DNA of 64,000 nt from positions 110,422,001-110,486,000 of the forward strand of contig OZ336878.1 of the NCBI GenBank assembly GCA_965287045.1, read 5' to 3'. Position 1 is the first letter of the stretch. The number at the start of each line of letters is the position of its first letter. The stretch comes from Carcharhinus amblyrhynchos (taxonomy: Eukaryota). Of the stretch, positions 36,931-48,999 are shown piece after piece. The position numbers were made by a program, and so were the translations under genes. The notes beneath the pieces were generated by a model, which ran no database searches, had not been told where the DNA came from, and saw only the letters and a program-made list of their open reading frames with translations.

Positions 36931-37447
36931 CGAAGCTCTAAGAGCAGGAGGGTCTCTAAATGTTTAGTCCTGGTGACCAACAAGGGCGAATAAAATAAAG
37001 TTGACGCTATTGTCAATACTTCAGGCAAAAAGTAATAACGAAACACACGTGAACATGTTAGGCGTTGCTTGCAATATACTAATTTGAAAAAGGATGGTTT
37101 TAAAGTAGGAAGAGGAGCAGAGTGGAGTAGAGATGGAACGGGGAACAACAGGAGAATGAAAAGTACGAGGCTGTCCGAACTGCAGCAATGAAAAATCGTC
37201 ACTGCGGCACTACATTGCATTAGATGTTATTTTCAGAATTCATAAAATTACAGCGTGGTGATCGAAGTTGCAAAATATTAAAAACTTATGTTGCTCAACT
37301 TAGAAAACCTCGTTAGTTTAAATTTAAATAATTGCTCCAAAGGCCATCTTACTCTTAAATGATCCAAATTTTAAAAAAAACACATTACAAGATTAATAAC
37401 GGTGAGTTAGAAATAATATGATTTGTAAAATTAAAAATTAAACTGAC

Positions 37448-37742
37448 CCGGCGCGGTGGCATTGCTACCTCACAGCGCCAGGGACCCGGGTTCACATCCC
37501 GCCTTGAGTCACTGTCTGTGTGGAGTTTGTACATTCTCACGGTGTCTGTGTGGGTTTCCTCCAGGTGCTCCAGTTTGTTCCCACAGTCCAAAGACGTGAA
37601 TGGTCATACTGAATTGCCCCTTAGTATCATGGAGACTCGCAGGGTAAATGCATGGGGCTACGGGAATGGGGCGGGTGGGATTGTGGTCGGTGCAGACTCG
37701 ATGGGCCGAATGGTCTCCTTCTGCACTCTTGGTGTTCTATGA
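37448..37742 (+). mobile_element. HE1-type SINE
   Basis: Head and tail motifs. Confidence 0.8.
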
Positions 37743-37856
37743 CAATGAGGAAATTTATTTCGGAATGAAAGTTTGAATTTACTACTGGCTGTCATATTCG
37801 GATTGCGAGTTATGTTCCAGTTTTAAAATCTCTAATCTATTTAATACATTTCATAG

Positions 37857-37888
37857 GTAAAAGAAATGGAGCCCAAACAGTAAAAGAG
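37857..37888 (+). CDS. NCR3: Gene B first cytoplasmic micro-exon (xKRNGAQTVKE)
   Basis: catttcatag| acceptor, GAG|gtacgt donor, 32 nt; converts phase 1 to phase 0 exactly as needed to join the TM exon to the ITIM exon. Confidence 0.65.
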
Positions 37889-38224
37889 GTACGTACCATA
37901 TTTTAATTCTCACTCTTGATTTGTACTATGATAAATCGCCATTACTCTGAAGTTAGACTAAGTTATAAGATTCTAGATTCAGGGGAACATGATAATACAA
38001 ATGATCAGAATGGATTGAGACAAATAACATCTGAAGTTCGTGTTTCTTAGAGCTCTGGCTTTGGTTACGGCAAGTAGATTGCAGTAGGTAAGGAACTTTG
38101 AAAGAGATGTGCAACTTATGGTCGAGCCGCATAGCTGGCGAAATTAGTCCGCCGTCTATTATCAAATGGATGTGCTAGCCCAGTGCTTTCTATAGGATGG
38201 GGCCGAGGTAAGAGTGAGATATGG

Positions 38225-38553
38225 GGAGGCGACCGCCTACTGGTGTTATCTCTAGACTACCCATCCATGAAGCTCAACTAATGTTCTGCGGATGATGCTT
38301 CGAATCCTGGAATTTTACACTAGTTTTCAAAAAAGCTGGAATAAATAACCTATTGATGACCATGGAACCATTGTCGATTGTCCATGTGGTTCATTTAGAT
38401 CCTTTCGGGAAGGAAATCCTTACCTGGTCTGGCCTACATGTGACTCCAGAGCCACAGCAATGTGGTTGACTCGCAACTGCCCCCGGGCAACAAGGGATGG
38501 AAAATAAATGCTGGCTAGCCAGTGACGCCCACGTTCACGAATGAATAAAAAAA
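38225..38553 (+). mobile_element. SINE family C
   Basis: gactccagagccacagcaatgtggttgactc..aataaatgctggc..A tail. Confidence 0.75.
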
Positions 38554-38969
38554 GTATGCAACACCCACACTGGTTGCAAATGATCATCTTATCCGATATC
38601 ACTAAAGGGTAGATGACGTCCTTATTCACTGGTCATCCGCCCACAAGAATGCAAACATTTAAATTCCTAATACAAATCAATCGTCAACTTGGCTACTACC
38701 TCTCGTGACTTTCCTTACACATACAGCCATGAACAACACCAGGTCATGTTTATCAATTCTGTCTCCAAAATTTGCCCATTCTCTCTGTTCTCACCTTATC
38801 TCTTAATCAAGCTATTTTCTTCCTTCTTCATATTCAGCGATGGCAATTTGTTCTTTTTTTGTATTGGGAACGGTAATACGAATTAGACCTTGATTTCAGT
38901 GATCCCCACATGCAGGCTATTTACATCATAGAATCGACAGGGATATAATCTTGGGGGTCTTATAGAGAT

Positions 38970-39375
38970 ATATTAGGGATCTTATAGAGACATATAAGAT
39001 AATGAAGGGGCTAGAGAGGGTAGAGGTAGAGAGATTCTTCCGGCTTAGAAAGGATAGCTGAACTAGAGGGCACAGCCTCAAAATAAGTGGGGGGGGGGGG
39101 GTGCAGTTTAGATCGGAGTTGTGGAGGAACTTCTTCACTCAAAGGGTGGTGAGTCTCTGGAATTCTCTGCCCATTGAAGTGGTGGAGGCTAACTCGCTGA
39201 ATATATTTAAGTCGCGGGTAGATAGGTTTCTGATAGACAGGGGAATTAAGGGTTATGGGGAGAAAGCGGGAAAGTGGAATGATCCACTTCAGATCAGCCA
39301 TGGTCTTATTGAATGGCGGGGCAGGCTCGAAGGGCTAGATGGCCTACTCCTGCTCCTATTTCTTATGTTCTTATA
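38970..39375 (+). mobile_element. CR1/HER1 LINE 3' end
   Basis: FFTQRVVSLWNSLP; 3' UTR nearly identical to 11560-11650. Confidence 0.9.
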
Positions 39376-39379
39376 TTCT

Positions 39380-39674
39380 TACAGTGCAGAAGGATGCCAT
39401 TTGGCCCATCGAATCTGCACAGCCCACAATCTCACCCAGGTTATATCCCCATAACCTCAAGCATTTGTCCTAACTAACTCCCCTCCCCTCCCAAGGGGCA
39501 ATTTGGCATGGCTAATTCACCTAACTCGCACACCCTTGGAGTACGGGAGGAAACCGCAGCAAACGTTTGCATACACAGGGAGAAAGTGCAAACTCCACAC
39601 AGACAGTGGCCCAAGTGAGAATCAAACCCAGGTCCCTGGTGCTGTGTGGCATCCGTGCTAACCACTGTGCCACC
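39380..39674 (-). mobile_element. HE1-type SINE directly abutting a 5S-like sequence
   Basis: Head ggtggcacagtggttagcac begins at 39674 on the minus strand. Confidence 0.8.
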
Positions 39675-39797
39675 AAAAGCTTTCTACACCTCGGATTGCT
39701 AGAAAGTCTCCCATCCAAGTACTAACTAGGCCTGAGTCTGCTTAGCTTCCCGACATCAGACTAGATTGGGCATTTTCAGACTGGTAAGGTTGTGGAC
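39675..39797 (-). pseudogene. Full-length degenerate 5S rRNA copy
   Basis: Reverse complement contains ..ctgatgtcgggaagctaagcag..ggcctagttagtacttggatgggagac..gctttt, i.e. 5S box A/IE/box C; about 120 nt; many substitutions. Confidence 0.9.
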
Positions 39798-40269
39798 TGC
39801 ATGTAGAGACTGCATTCTCTGCGAGTCCTCTCCAGCAAGGCATTTCAGCTCCAGCTGTTACTTGTGCCGCTTAGTACAGGGCAACGTTGACACTCGCAAA
39901 GTTGAGACTCAGTTGGGTCTTTCGGCTCAGCGCTGTAGACTTAAACTGAACTTCAGTGTCGAAGGCGACAGAGTGCAGACCTACTAGAACTACAAAACCT
40001 TTCGTGCAACCGATTACGAATTCAAATTGAGATTTTCTGCCCTGAACGTAATCGACAACGCCGAATTGGGGAAACATACTGATCAGTTTACCAGCTAACT
40101 GTGTCCAATTCCCACGATGAATGTCAACTGGCCACTGGAAAACGACACTCATAATGATTGTATGGCGACCATTACCGAAAGATTGCTTTAAATGTGTTTT
40201 TTTTCGGCAACAGCCAGGAAGAGAATCTCCTTTTTATAATATCACTAACTTTTGCATAACCCTATTCAT

Positions 40270-40760
40270 AGAATCGCTACAGTGTAGAAGGAGGCTCATT
40301 CGGCCCATCAAGTCTGCACCAACCCTCCGACAGAGCATCTTATTCAGGACGCCCCCTCCCCCATCCAATCTCTGTAACTCCATTTACTTAGCCACGCTGA
40401 TCCCCCTGACCTACACATCTTTAGACACTAAGAGGCAATTTAATATGGCCAATCCACGTAACCTGAACATATTTGGACACTAAGGGACAATTTAGCATGG
40501 CCAATCCACCTAACCTGTACATCTTTGGACACTAAGTGGCAATTTAGCACAGATAATCTGCATGACCTACACCTCTTTTGACACTAAGGGACAATTTAAC
40601 AGGGCAAATGCACCTAACCAGCATATATTTGGACTGTAAGAGGAAGCGGGAGCACTGGTGGGAACACACGAAGACACGGGGAGAACGTGCACGCCCCGCA
40701 CAGTCACCCAAGGCTGGAACCGAACCCGTGTCCCTGGTGCTGTGAGTCAACAGTGCAAAG
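40270..40760 (-). mobile_element. HE1-type SINE with four internal ~52-bp tandem units
   Basis: gacactaag.g.caattt repeated four times at about 40420-40610. Confidence 0.8.
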
Positions 40761-41239
40761 TGAGTCATACACTGCATGTATGTTGTTGTGAATGAAGCTA
40801 TGGATTTTTTTTTTCAGCGTATTCTGGAATAGCGAACACGGTTCATTTGTTTTAATTTGTTTACGGGATAGGGGCCAACATTTACTGTCCATCCCTAGTT
40901 GCCCTTCAGAAGGTGCTGGTGAGCTGCTCTTTTGAACCTCTGAAGTCCCTGAGGTGTAGGCACATCCAGAGTGCTGTTAGGGATGAAACCCAATCCGGGC
41001 TAAATATCAGAACATGCTTACAATGGGTATTTGCATAAACCGTCGGGGTTTTAAGTAACATTAGTTTCTCCGCATTGTACTTGTGATATGAGAAAGAAAC
41101 TTTTCAATCGAAACCAATAGCAATGGCTCAGTAAAATTGAACATTAGTGACACTGCAGTATCGTTTGTATTCTCCACAACCTGGGTGATCTGATCGCCCT
41201 TCTTATCAAATTTTGGAATAAATCATCTCCTTAATTCAT

Positions 41240-41690
41240 CAGGATGTTGCCTGGTCTCGAGGGTGTTGGAAATGAGAAGGGGTTGCATAAGCTAGGATTA
41301 TTTTCACTGGAAAGACGGAGGCTGAGGAGGGATCCGATAGAGGTCTACAAAATTATGAGAAGAGTGGGCAGGGTGAATAGTCAGTCTTTTTCCAAGTGTC
41401 AATTACAAAGGGGCACAGGTTCAGGGGGAGAAGGAGAAAGTTTACGGGAGATGTGCGGGGGAGGTTTTTCCCGCAGACACCGATGGGTGTCTGGAACGTG
41501 CTGCCAGAGGAGGTGGTGGAAGCAGACACATGAGTAACATTTAAGAGGCATCTGGATGGGTAAAGGAATAGAGAGGGAATAGAGAGATACGGACGGAGTA
41601 AAGGCAGAAGAGTTCTATTTAGTTTAGTTCAGCAATCATGATCGGCGCTTGAAGGGTCAAGGAGCCTGTTCCTGTGCTGTTCTTTTCATC
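41240..41690 (+). mobile_element. Old CR1 3' fragment
   Basis: LGLFSLERRRLRRDxIEVYKIM (ORF 41244-41537). Confidence 0.85.
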
Positions 41691-41711
41691 ATTCTTTTGC
41701 GCTAATTTAAG

Positions 41712-41966
41712 GAGGAAGGCACGTCGGAAACTCTCGTCTATGCAAAGCTGAACATCAGCCACCAGCCTACTGACAGGACTGTGCATGAGAGGGCCAGGGC
41801 ACCGGTTCAGAATAAAAAGCCAAGAGAGACTCGGGCGGCGCCACTCCCAGAGAGCAGTGGAGAACCTGTTGTATACGCGCCATTGAAGGAGTCAATTCCG
41901 TTGGAGCCCGTGGAGACCCGACGAAGGAATGAAGAGCAAACCGTATATGGGAGAGTGAGAGTGTAG
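41712..41966 (+). CDS. NCR3: Gene B terminal cytoplasmic exon with ITIM (LVYAKL), ITIM (VVYAPL) and ITSM (TVYGRV)
   Basis: tttaag| acceptor, 84 open codons plus TAG: EEGTSETLVYAKLNISH..GEPVVYAPLKES..EEQTVYGRVRV*. Confidence 0.85.
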   Translation, partial: EEGTSETLVYAKLNISHQPTDRTVHERARAPVQNKKPRETRAAPLPESSGEPVVYAPLKESIPLEPVETRRRNEEQTVYGRVRV

Positions 41967-42134
41967 CGGCTGCTTTAACATGTCCATTCCTCAATGGAAA
42001 GCATTTTGTCAATTTTAACCAGGCGGATATTGTAATTAACGAAGTTAATTTGATGTTCAATAATTATTGGAAAGATGGATAAATATCCCATTGGCTTAGA
42101 TTTTAGTGACATTGTTACTCTTGCTTTACACAAT

Positions 42135-43620
42135 CCTCCCCGTGTCTGCGTGGATTTCCTCCGGGTGCTCCAGTTCTTCCGCCGCCCCCTCCCCCACCCC
42201 CCACCCCCCACACTACGAAGACATGCGAATGAGGTTGACTGGCCATGCTAAATTGCCCCTTAGTGTTACGGGGATTAGAGGGGTAAATGTGTGCGGTTAC
42301 GGGAATAGGGCCTGTGTGGGATTGTTGTCGGTGCAGGTTCGATGTGCCGAGTGGCCTCCTTCTGCTCTTTAGGATTGTATGCACCATCCTGATGACCGAT
42401 CGGCTAAAATTTCAACAGAAGTAATCCCTCTTCTAATTAAACATAGAATCATAGAACCCTACAGTGCAGAAGAAGGCCATTCGGCCCAACGAGTCTGCAC
42501 CGACCACAAACCCACTCAGGCCCTATCCCCATGGCATTTACTCTAGCTAACCCCTTAACATAAAAGAGCAATTCAGCATGGCCAACCCACCTAATCTGCA
42601 CATCTTTAGCCTGTGGGAGGAAACCGGACCACCTGGAGGAAACCCACACGGACACGGGGAGAACGTACAAACCCCACATAGTCACCCAAAGCCGGAACCT
42701 AACCCTGGTCCTGGCGCTGTGAGGCAGCAGTGTTTACCACAGTGCGCTTTTCACCTTCTGAAGGCTGAATTTTGAAGTGGTGACACAGTGGTTAGCACTG
42801 CTAACTTACAGTGGCTAGGGTTATTCCCGACTTGGGTCACTGTCTATACGGAGTCTGTGCATTCTCCCGTGTCGGCGTGCGTTCCCTCCTGCAGTCCAAA
42901 AGACATGCTGGTTCGGTGCAGTGGCCATCCTAACTTCTCTCTCAGTGTACCCAAACAGGTGCTGGAGTTAAAGTTTATTTATTAGTGTCACAAGAAGACT
43001 TACATTCGCACTGCGCTGAAGTTACTTTGAAAAGCCCCCAGTTGTTGCCCTCTAGCGCCTGTCGGGATACACGGAATGAAGAATTTAGCACGGCCAATGC
43101 ACCTAACCAGCACGTCTTTCAGACTGTGGGAGGAAACTGGAGCACCCAGAGGAAAGCCGCGCAGACTTGGCGAGAACATGCAAACTCCGCATAGGCTGTG
43201 ACCCAAGCTGGGAATCGAACCCGGGGCCCCTGGCACTGTGCCACCCTAAGGTGACCAGTAGGGGTTTTTCGTAAAAACGTCATTGCAGTGTTACTGCAAG
43301 CCTACTCGTGACAATAATAAATAAACTTTAACTTTCGCGCCTGTTCGGCTACGCTGAGGGAGAATATAACACGGCCATTGCATCTAACTTTCCGACTGTG
43401 GGAGGAAACCGGAGTCCCTGGAGGAAACCCACTCAGACATGGTGATAATGTGCAAACTCTACACAGACAGTGACCCAAGCGGAGAATCGAATGGTATTGT
43501 GAGACAGTAGTGCAAACCAGTATGCCACGGTGCCGCCCTAGTGTGGCGACTAGGGGATTTTCACAGTAACATCATGGCAGTGTTAATGTAAGCCTGCTTA
43601 TGACATTAATAAATAAACTT
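42135..43620. mobile_element. Dense cluster of HE1-type and family-B SINEs in alternating and nested orientation
   Basis: (+)42135-42380, (-)42445-42745, (+)42777-42967 interrupted by (-)42968-43247 and resuming 43248-43335, (-)43335-43540, (+) tail 43541-43620. Confidence 0.8.
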
Positions 43621-46346
43621 TCACAGGTATAAATTAAAAAATAAATTGTACATGAATGGCAATGACTGGCCTAAATGGCGAACATCAGTTGATTTGTCTG
43701 CAATTCCTTGAAGTAATCAAACCTAGCCACTCAACGCTGGTTATGAATAACACCAATATCTTAGTCTCAGAGCAGCAATGATCGTGCCTTTTATTGGAAG
43801 ATCAGTACTGCCTGGAACTTGTAAATTATGCCTGAGGGATAAGTGTCACCAGCTGAAGCCAGTCGAATTCAACCTCTTGTATGTTAACAGCCGCTCCACC
43901 GTTTTGCAAAGTTTTGTTGAAGCTTTGAACTTGGTCTGTCACTAACCAACAATCGGAATGAACATTACATACTTCCCCAAGAAAGGGTGCTCAGTGGTTA
44001 CTGTCATCGTTACTTCTCTGCATAATGTCTCCTTCTACTTCAGAAACTTATCCAGCTGATTTCAAAGCTCCCTTCACTTTGACGTTCGTTTAGTAACGCA
44101 GATGTGTTTTTACTTTACATTGATGTATCCATGGCTGCCACCATGTTTTGAGATTGGTCATTCTGTCTTGGACTCAAGGCATGGGGCTTGCTGCTTAGAC
44201 AGTGCGCAGACATCCTCTGTTACCTGGTTATCTCTTGTTTATTAATACTACATTTAAACAAGTTATGGGATATACATGTCACTCCTAGGCATGGTTCCAA
44301 CTTCGCTTTCGAGTGTCTAGCCCATGACTAATTAGAGTCACCACTGCATAATCATACATTAGCATATCCCATTTGTTAAACCTTTATGTAAACACATTGC
44401 TGCCACTGTGTTCTCACCAGAGCAACAGTTTCTGCTCTAGTATTCTAGCTCCAAATGTAATAAAGTCAAACATGCCTTTTGTCTTTCTAATTGTTTACAG
44501 TAGCCGTATGTTGAGTCTCTGGGTCCTTTGTACCAGGACACTCTGATAACAAACACAAGAGCATAAGGAATCAGAGCAGCTGCAGACAATATGGCCCCTC
44601 AAGCCCACTCCACTTTTGAATATGACCATGATTCTTCGGCCTCACCTCCAGTTTCTTGCCTAGCCCCATATCCTTTGATTACCTTTGTACCACCGAGAGG
44701 TGGCGACAGAGAGTCCCAAAGATACCCATCCAGCTGAGTGACAAGACAGCTTCATTTCCTGCCTTAATAATCCCCCCTCTATCCTGAGACTGCTCCCCCC
44801 TCTAGATTCCCCAGCAAGAGAAACAACCTCTGAGTGCCTACCGCAAGAACCTTCTTTTAAATTTTGCATGCTTCAATGAAGCGACCTGATACTTTCTGTG
44901 TTGACCAAATAAGGGAAGTTGTTTGAGTTATGCTAGCCTTCTTGTCACCATGGTTTCCCGCAATGTCCATATATACTTAACGCGATGTGACCTACGTGCA
45001 GTTTGGGATAAACATTATGGAGTTGTGTACAAATAACTTAATTGGCCGCGATCAAACATTGTGATCGGTTTCAGATGATATAGCTGGCTGAGTCCCAGAG
45101 AACTTGAAGATTGGGAGAGTCTGGGGATAAAGAATAGTGTTTCAGCCTTTGCTTCCAGTGACAACTCGAATTCCACCATCACAAGTGTGCCATGAAGAAT
45201 ATCTTCGGAGTTGACAACCCCGAGGAAGAATTTACACCAGGAACTGACCTGGGCTGTTCGGTCAAAAGTCAGGGTAGTACTCATTTTTAATGAAAGAGTT
45301 AAAATTAAAGAGTTAAAGTTAAAACTTAGAGAGTTAACGTTGGAGAATTGAAGTGAAAGAGTTAACGTTTCGAGTTTTCCTATTTAATGTGTCAACTTAA
45401 CTAAAGTTTCTGTAAGTGAATTTGAGTCGACTCCTGTTCCTTTGTCCATTATACTAAACTAAGTACCTGGAAAGAAACTGAACAATACAGATTACATCTG
45501 AAATAACAAATATTTAAAAACCTCGCTTAATCTCTCTCCAGCTCCAGAAGAAGTGGGTGATTGAAGTCCACATCAATATTCACTGCTCAAAGAATTTTCA
45601 TTACAATCTTCCTCTAGAACCAAATCTTCCGAAATGAAGTCAGGGAAGGAGACTAAAAGGGGATCTGAAGAAAAGCTTGCTCACCCAGTGGGTGGTGGGA
45701 ATCTAGAATTCACTGCCTGAAACACTGGTAGATGCGGACAATCTCACAACATTCTTACTTGTGACTAATAAATAAATAAATATTTGAAAAGTATTTACAT
45801 GAACACTTGAAATGCCATAGCATACGAGGGTAGGGAGCAAGTGCTGGAAAATGGGATTCCAATAGCTAGACGTTTGATTGCACGATAGAGGGAAGGGCCT
45901 TTTCCAAAATTACAAGACTCTAACATCATTGGCAGATAACTCGAAGGCGCTTTTCCTACATTACACAGAACAACTGAGGAAAGTACAGAATTGGCGGCAG
46001 AGTTCCTTGGGACGCCCTAAGGTCGGAAGGTGCTACACAAACTCAATAATTTTCCCATTTCTATTTCAAATTCTCACGTCAGTAACTCAATGCATATGAG
46101 AACTAGATAATCAATCCTCTTTTAAATAACAGATCAATGGGGAAAGAACTGGAAGCACTTAAGCGAGTTGGGTGGAGGTAGAATTCAAAGCATGCAGTTA
46201 TCAGAAAAGGAAGATTGTTCAAGATTACATCGTTAAAGCGGGAAAACTGAGTCAGGCGAGTTATTCATGCAAAGAGCCGATGCAGGTACGATGGCCCAAA
46301 TGGTCTGCTTTTGCGCCGTAATGTTTCTGTGATTCTGCGATGCGAT

Positions 46347-46424
46347 TTCCCTTTAGAGATTGTGCATTACCAGAATGCGGAAGTATTCTTCCCTTTAGAG
46401 ATTGTGCATTACCAGAATGCGGAA
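46347..46424 (+). repeat. Perfect 36-bp direct repeat, period 42
   Basis: ttccctttagagattgtgcattaccagaatgcggaa twice. Confidence 0.9.
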
Positions 46425-46659
46425 ACATTTTCCCAAATTTGCGCACCGGAATTCCCAATTAGGTCAGAGTTATCTGTTGAAGTAATCACAACCTGCATTT
46501 TCGATTTAACCGCATCTCATTGGCTGCATTTGGATATCTACTTCCTCATTATAATATCTATAGCTATAATTCCCCCTACCTTCACCGCATTGGTTTGCAG
46601 CCGCGTAATTCGCAGCATGTTGATGGTACATTTCGTGTGGCAGATTGATCGAGAGATTC

Positions 46660-47050
46660 AATAAACTGGGTTTGTTCTCTCTGGAAAGACGGAGGCTGAG
46701 GGGCGACCTGATGGATGGTTATAAGGAGCATAGATAAGGTGAACAGTTGGGAGCTTTTCCTCTGGGCAGAACTGACAATCACAAGGCGGCGCCAGTTCGA
46801 GGTAAGGGGGAAAGGTTCAGGGGAGATGTGCGGGGGAAGGTTTTACACAGACGGGAGTGGGAACCTAAGCACTACCAATGAGGTGGTTGAGGCAGGTAGG
46901 TTAGCGACATTTAAGACTTATCTGGATAGATACGTGAACAGACCGGGGATAGAGAGGTATAAGCGGTTGGTCTAGATAGAACGACGTGATCGGTGCAGGC
47001 TTGGAGGGTCAAAGGGCCTGTTCCTCCGCTATACTGTTCTTTGTTCTTGC
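46660..47050 (+). mobile_element. Old CR1 3' fragment
   Basis: gggtttgttctctctggaaagacggaggctgaggggcgacctgat ... aagggcctgttcc. Confidence 0.8.
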
Positions 47051-47789
47051 AACGTGTGACTTATTGCCATCCCTCACCACCTACACATTCGCAAGGAATC
47101 AATGAAGACTATTGGATGAGAATTCCCCTGCGGGTTTGCTGCATCCGCTTCATGAAGCTTTCGATTTGACCTGGTTGAAAGTGACATGTTCACCTTTTGG
47201 TTGCTGGTGACTCAGTGTGAACAATATTGGTGGAGGGAATGCAGGCTGCCCGATCTATCTTTGGAAAGGAGAGTGACAGACAGTTATCAGTTACTTTCCT
47301 TGTATCTCTGAAGGTAAGTCCATTCGATCAGCGATTCTCCTTTATTTAGTACGATTGGAAGAAGTGGGAACAGCTGAGGCGGAAAATTACCTCTGCGACC
47401 TCCGAGCCATTTTGAAGGTAGAATCGGTGTGTTGTGGCTACAGTTGTATTCGCTTTTGAGCTTAAAATTCAATGTTCGTTAAAAGTGCGCTTAAGATAAA
47501 TTCTATATTACCAATTGAATGCAAGTTTTATATGCATTATTGTTAGAAACATACATATTTCAAGATCATTATTAATGTGTCGCAATCTCTCTGTGGGGAA
47601 AATGCATGGAATATACAAATATTCCTCACTATGTCTTCAATAGATGTTCTCGATGCGGAAAATGGAGAATCTGCAAAGGTGTTCCTTCATCAGAGGGAGA
47701 CAAAGCAGGGGAGTAGTCATTAGATGGATGGGCACAAGGAGAAACCAATACATTAGAAACTCATCAATGTTATGTCATGGAATGAATCA

Positions 47790-48070
47790 TTGAACCCCGA
47801 CAGTGCAGAAAGAGGCCATTCGGACCATCGAGTCTGCACCGACAGCAATCCTATCCAGGCTCTATCACAGTAGCTCCTCTGATACTAAGGGGCAATTTAA
47901 TATGTCCAATCCACCTAACCCATACATCTTTGGTGTGTGGGAAGAAACTGGAACAAACCCAGACAGACAAGAAGAGAACGTGCAAACTCCACACAGACAG
48001 TCACCTGAGCCGGAATTAAACACAGGTCCTTGGCGCTGTGAGGCGGCAGTGCTAACCATTGTGCCGCTGC
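47790..48070 (-). mobile_element. HE1-type SINE
   Basis: Tail and head motifs. Confidence 0.8.
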
Positions 48071-48169
48071 CCCCCAACTCCCACCCCCGCCCCCGGACCC
48101 CCCCACCCCCGCGTTTTAAGTTAACAGGAGAAACTGAAGGCCTTGATTTCTAAGTCGAATCAAAGGTTT

Positions 48170-48483
48170 TTTTTAATTATTCATTTATTGGACATCAGCG
48201 TCGCTGGCTGACCAGCTTTTGTTGCCCGTCCCTAGTTGTCCTGGGAGGGCAGTTGAGAGTCAACCATATTGCTGCGGATCTGGAGTCATGTGTAGACCAG
48301 ATGGGGTTTTCCGACAATAAACAATGATTCCACGATCATCAGTAGATACTTAATTCCAGATTTTATTTATTGAATTCAAATTCTGCCATCTGCCGTGGCG
48401 GGATTCGAATCCGGGTCCCCAGAACATTAGCTGAGTTTCTGGATTAATAGTCTAGCGATAATACCATTAGCCGTTGCCTCCCC
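48170..48483 (-). mobile_element. SINE family C
   Basis: gggattcgaatccgggtccccagaacattagctgagtttctggattaatagtctagcgataatacc. Confidence 0.8.
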
Positions 48484-48484
48484 G

Positions 48485-48790
48485 AAGGTCGGAGGCTGAA
48501 TGCCCTTAACTGCTGAAGTGTTCCCCGACGGAAAGGGAACATTCCTGCCTAGCGATTGTTGCACAGCGTCTATTCATCCATTGCCGTATGTCTGCACCGT
48601 CTTGCCGATGTACCATACCTGAGGACAACGTTTCCTGCAGCGTATGAGGTAGGCAACGTTGACAGAATGGCATGAATATGAGTATATGTGGGTGTTGTTC
48701 TCATGTGTGATGGTGGTACCCATGTCGATGGTCCGGCACGTCTTGAAGAGATTGCCGTAGCAAGATTGTGCGGTGTGAACAGGCGCGGCC
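48485..48790 (-). mobile_element. Penelope-like GIY-YIG endonuclease fragment
   Basis: Minus-strand CKTC-like/YSCHSVNVAYLIRCRKRCPQVWYIGKT motif in ORF 48574-48957. Confidence 0.75.
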
Positions 48791-48868
48791 ACACATGGAG
48801 AAGGGGAATGTGTCACTATGTTGCCTATTTCAAAATACGTTTTATGATTTCCAGACCACTGTGAAGCA

Positions 48869-48914
48869 ATGAATCCCGCTAACCTGCTGTGGACCTCGAT
48901 GCTACTATTCTTTA
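48869..48914 (+). CDS. NCR3: NKp30/NCR3-like gene C, signal peptide exon (MNPANLLWTSMLLFF-T)
   Basis: ttccag|accactgtgaagcaATG mirrors gene B ccacag|acaactgcgaagccATG; A|gtaagt phase-1 donor. Confidence 0.85.
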
Positions 48915-48999
48915 GTAAGTGATTTTCTTTAGTACTACCTATTGTGCTGTCCGGCAATTTTGCGTAACCAGAGTCTAGAAGTATATGGGAATACGAATT

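Noticed and set aside
45290-45380. Short agagttaa-type repeats
   Set aside because: Low-complexity degenerate tandem repeat; no element boundaries or function identifiable
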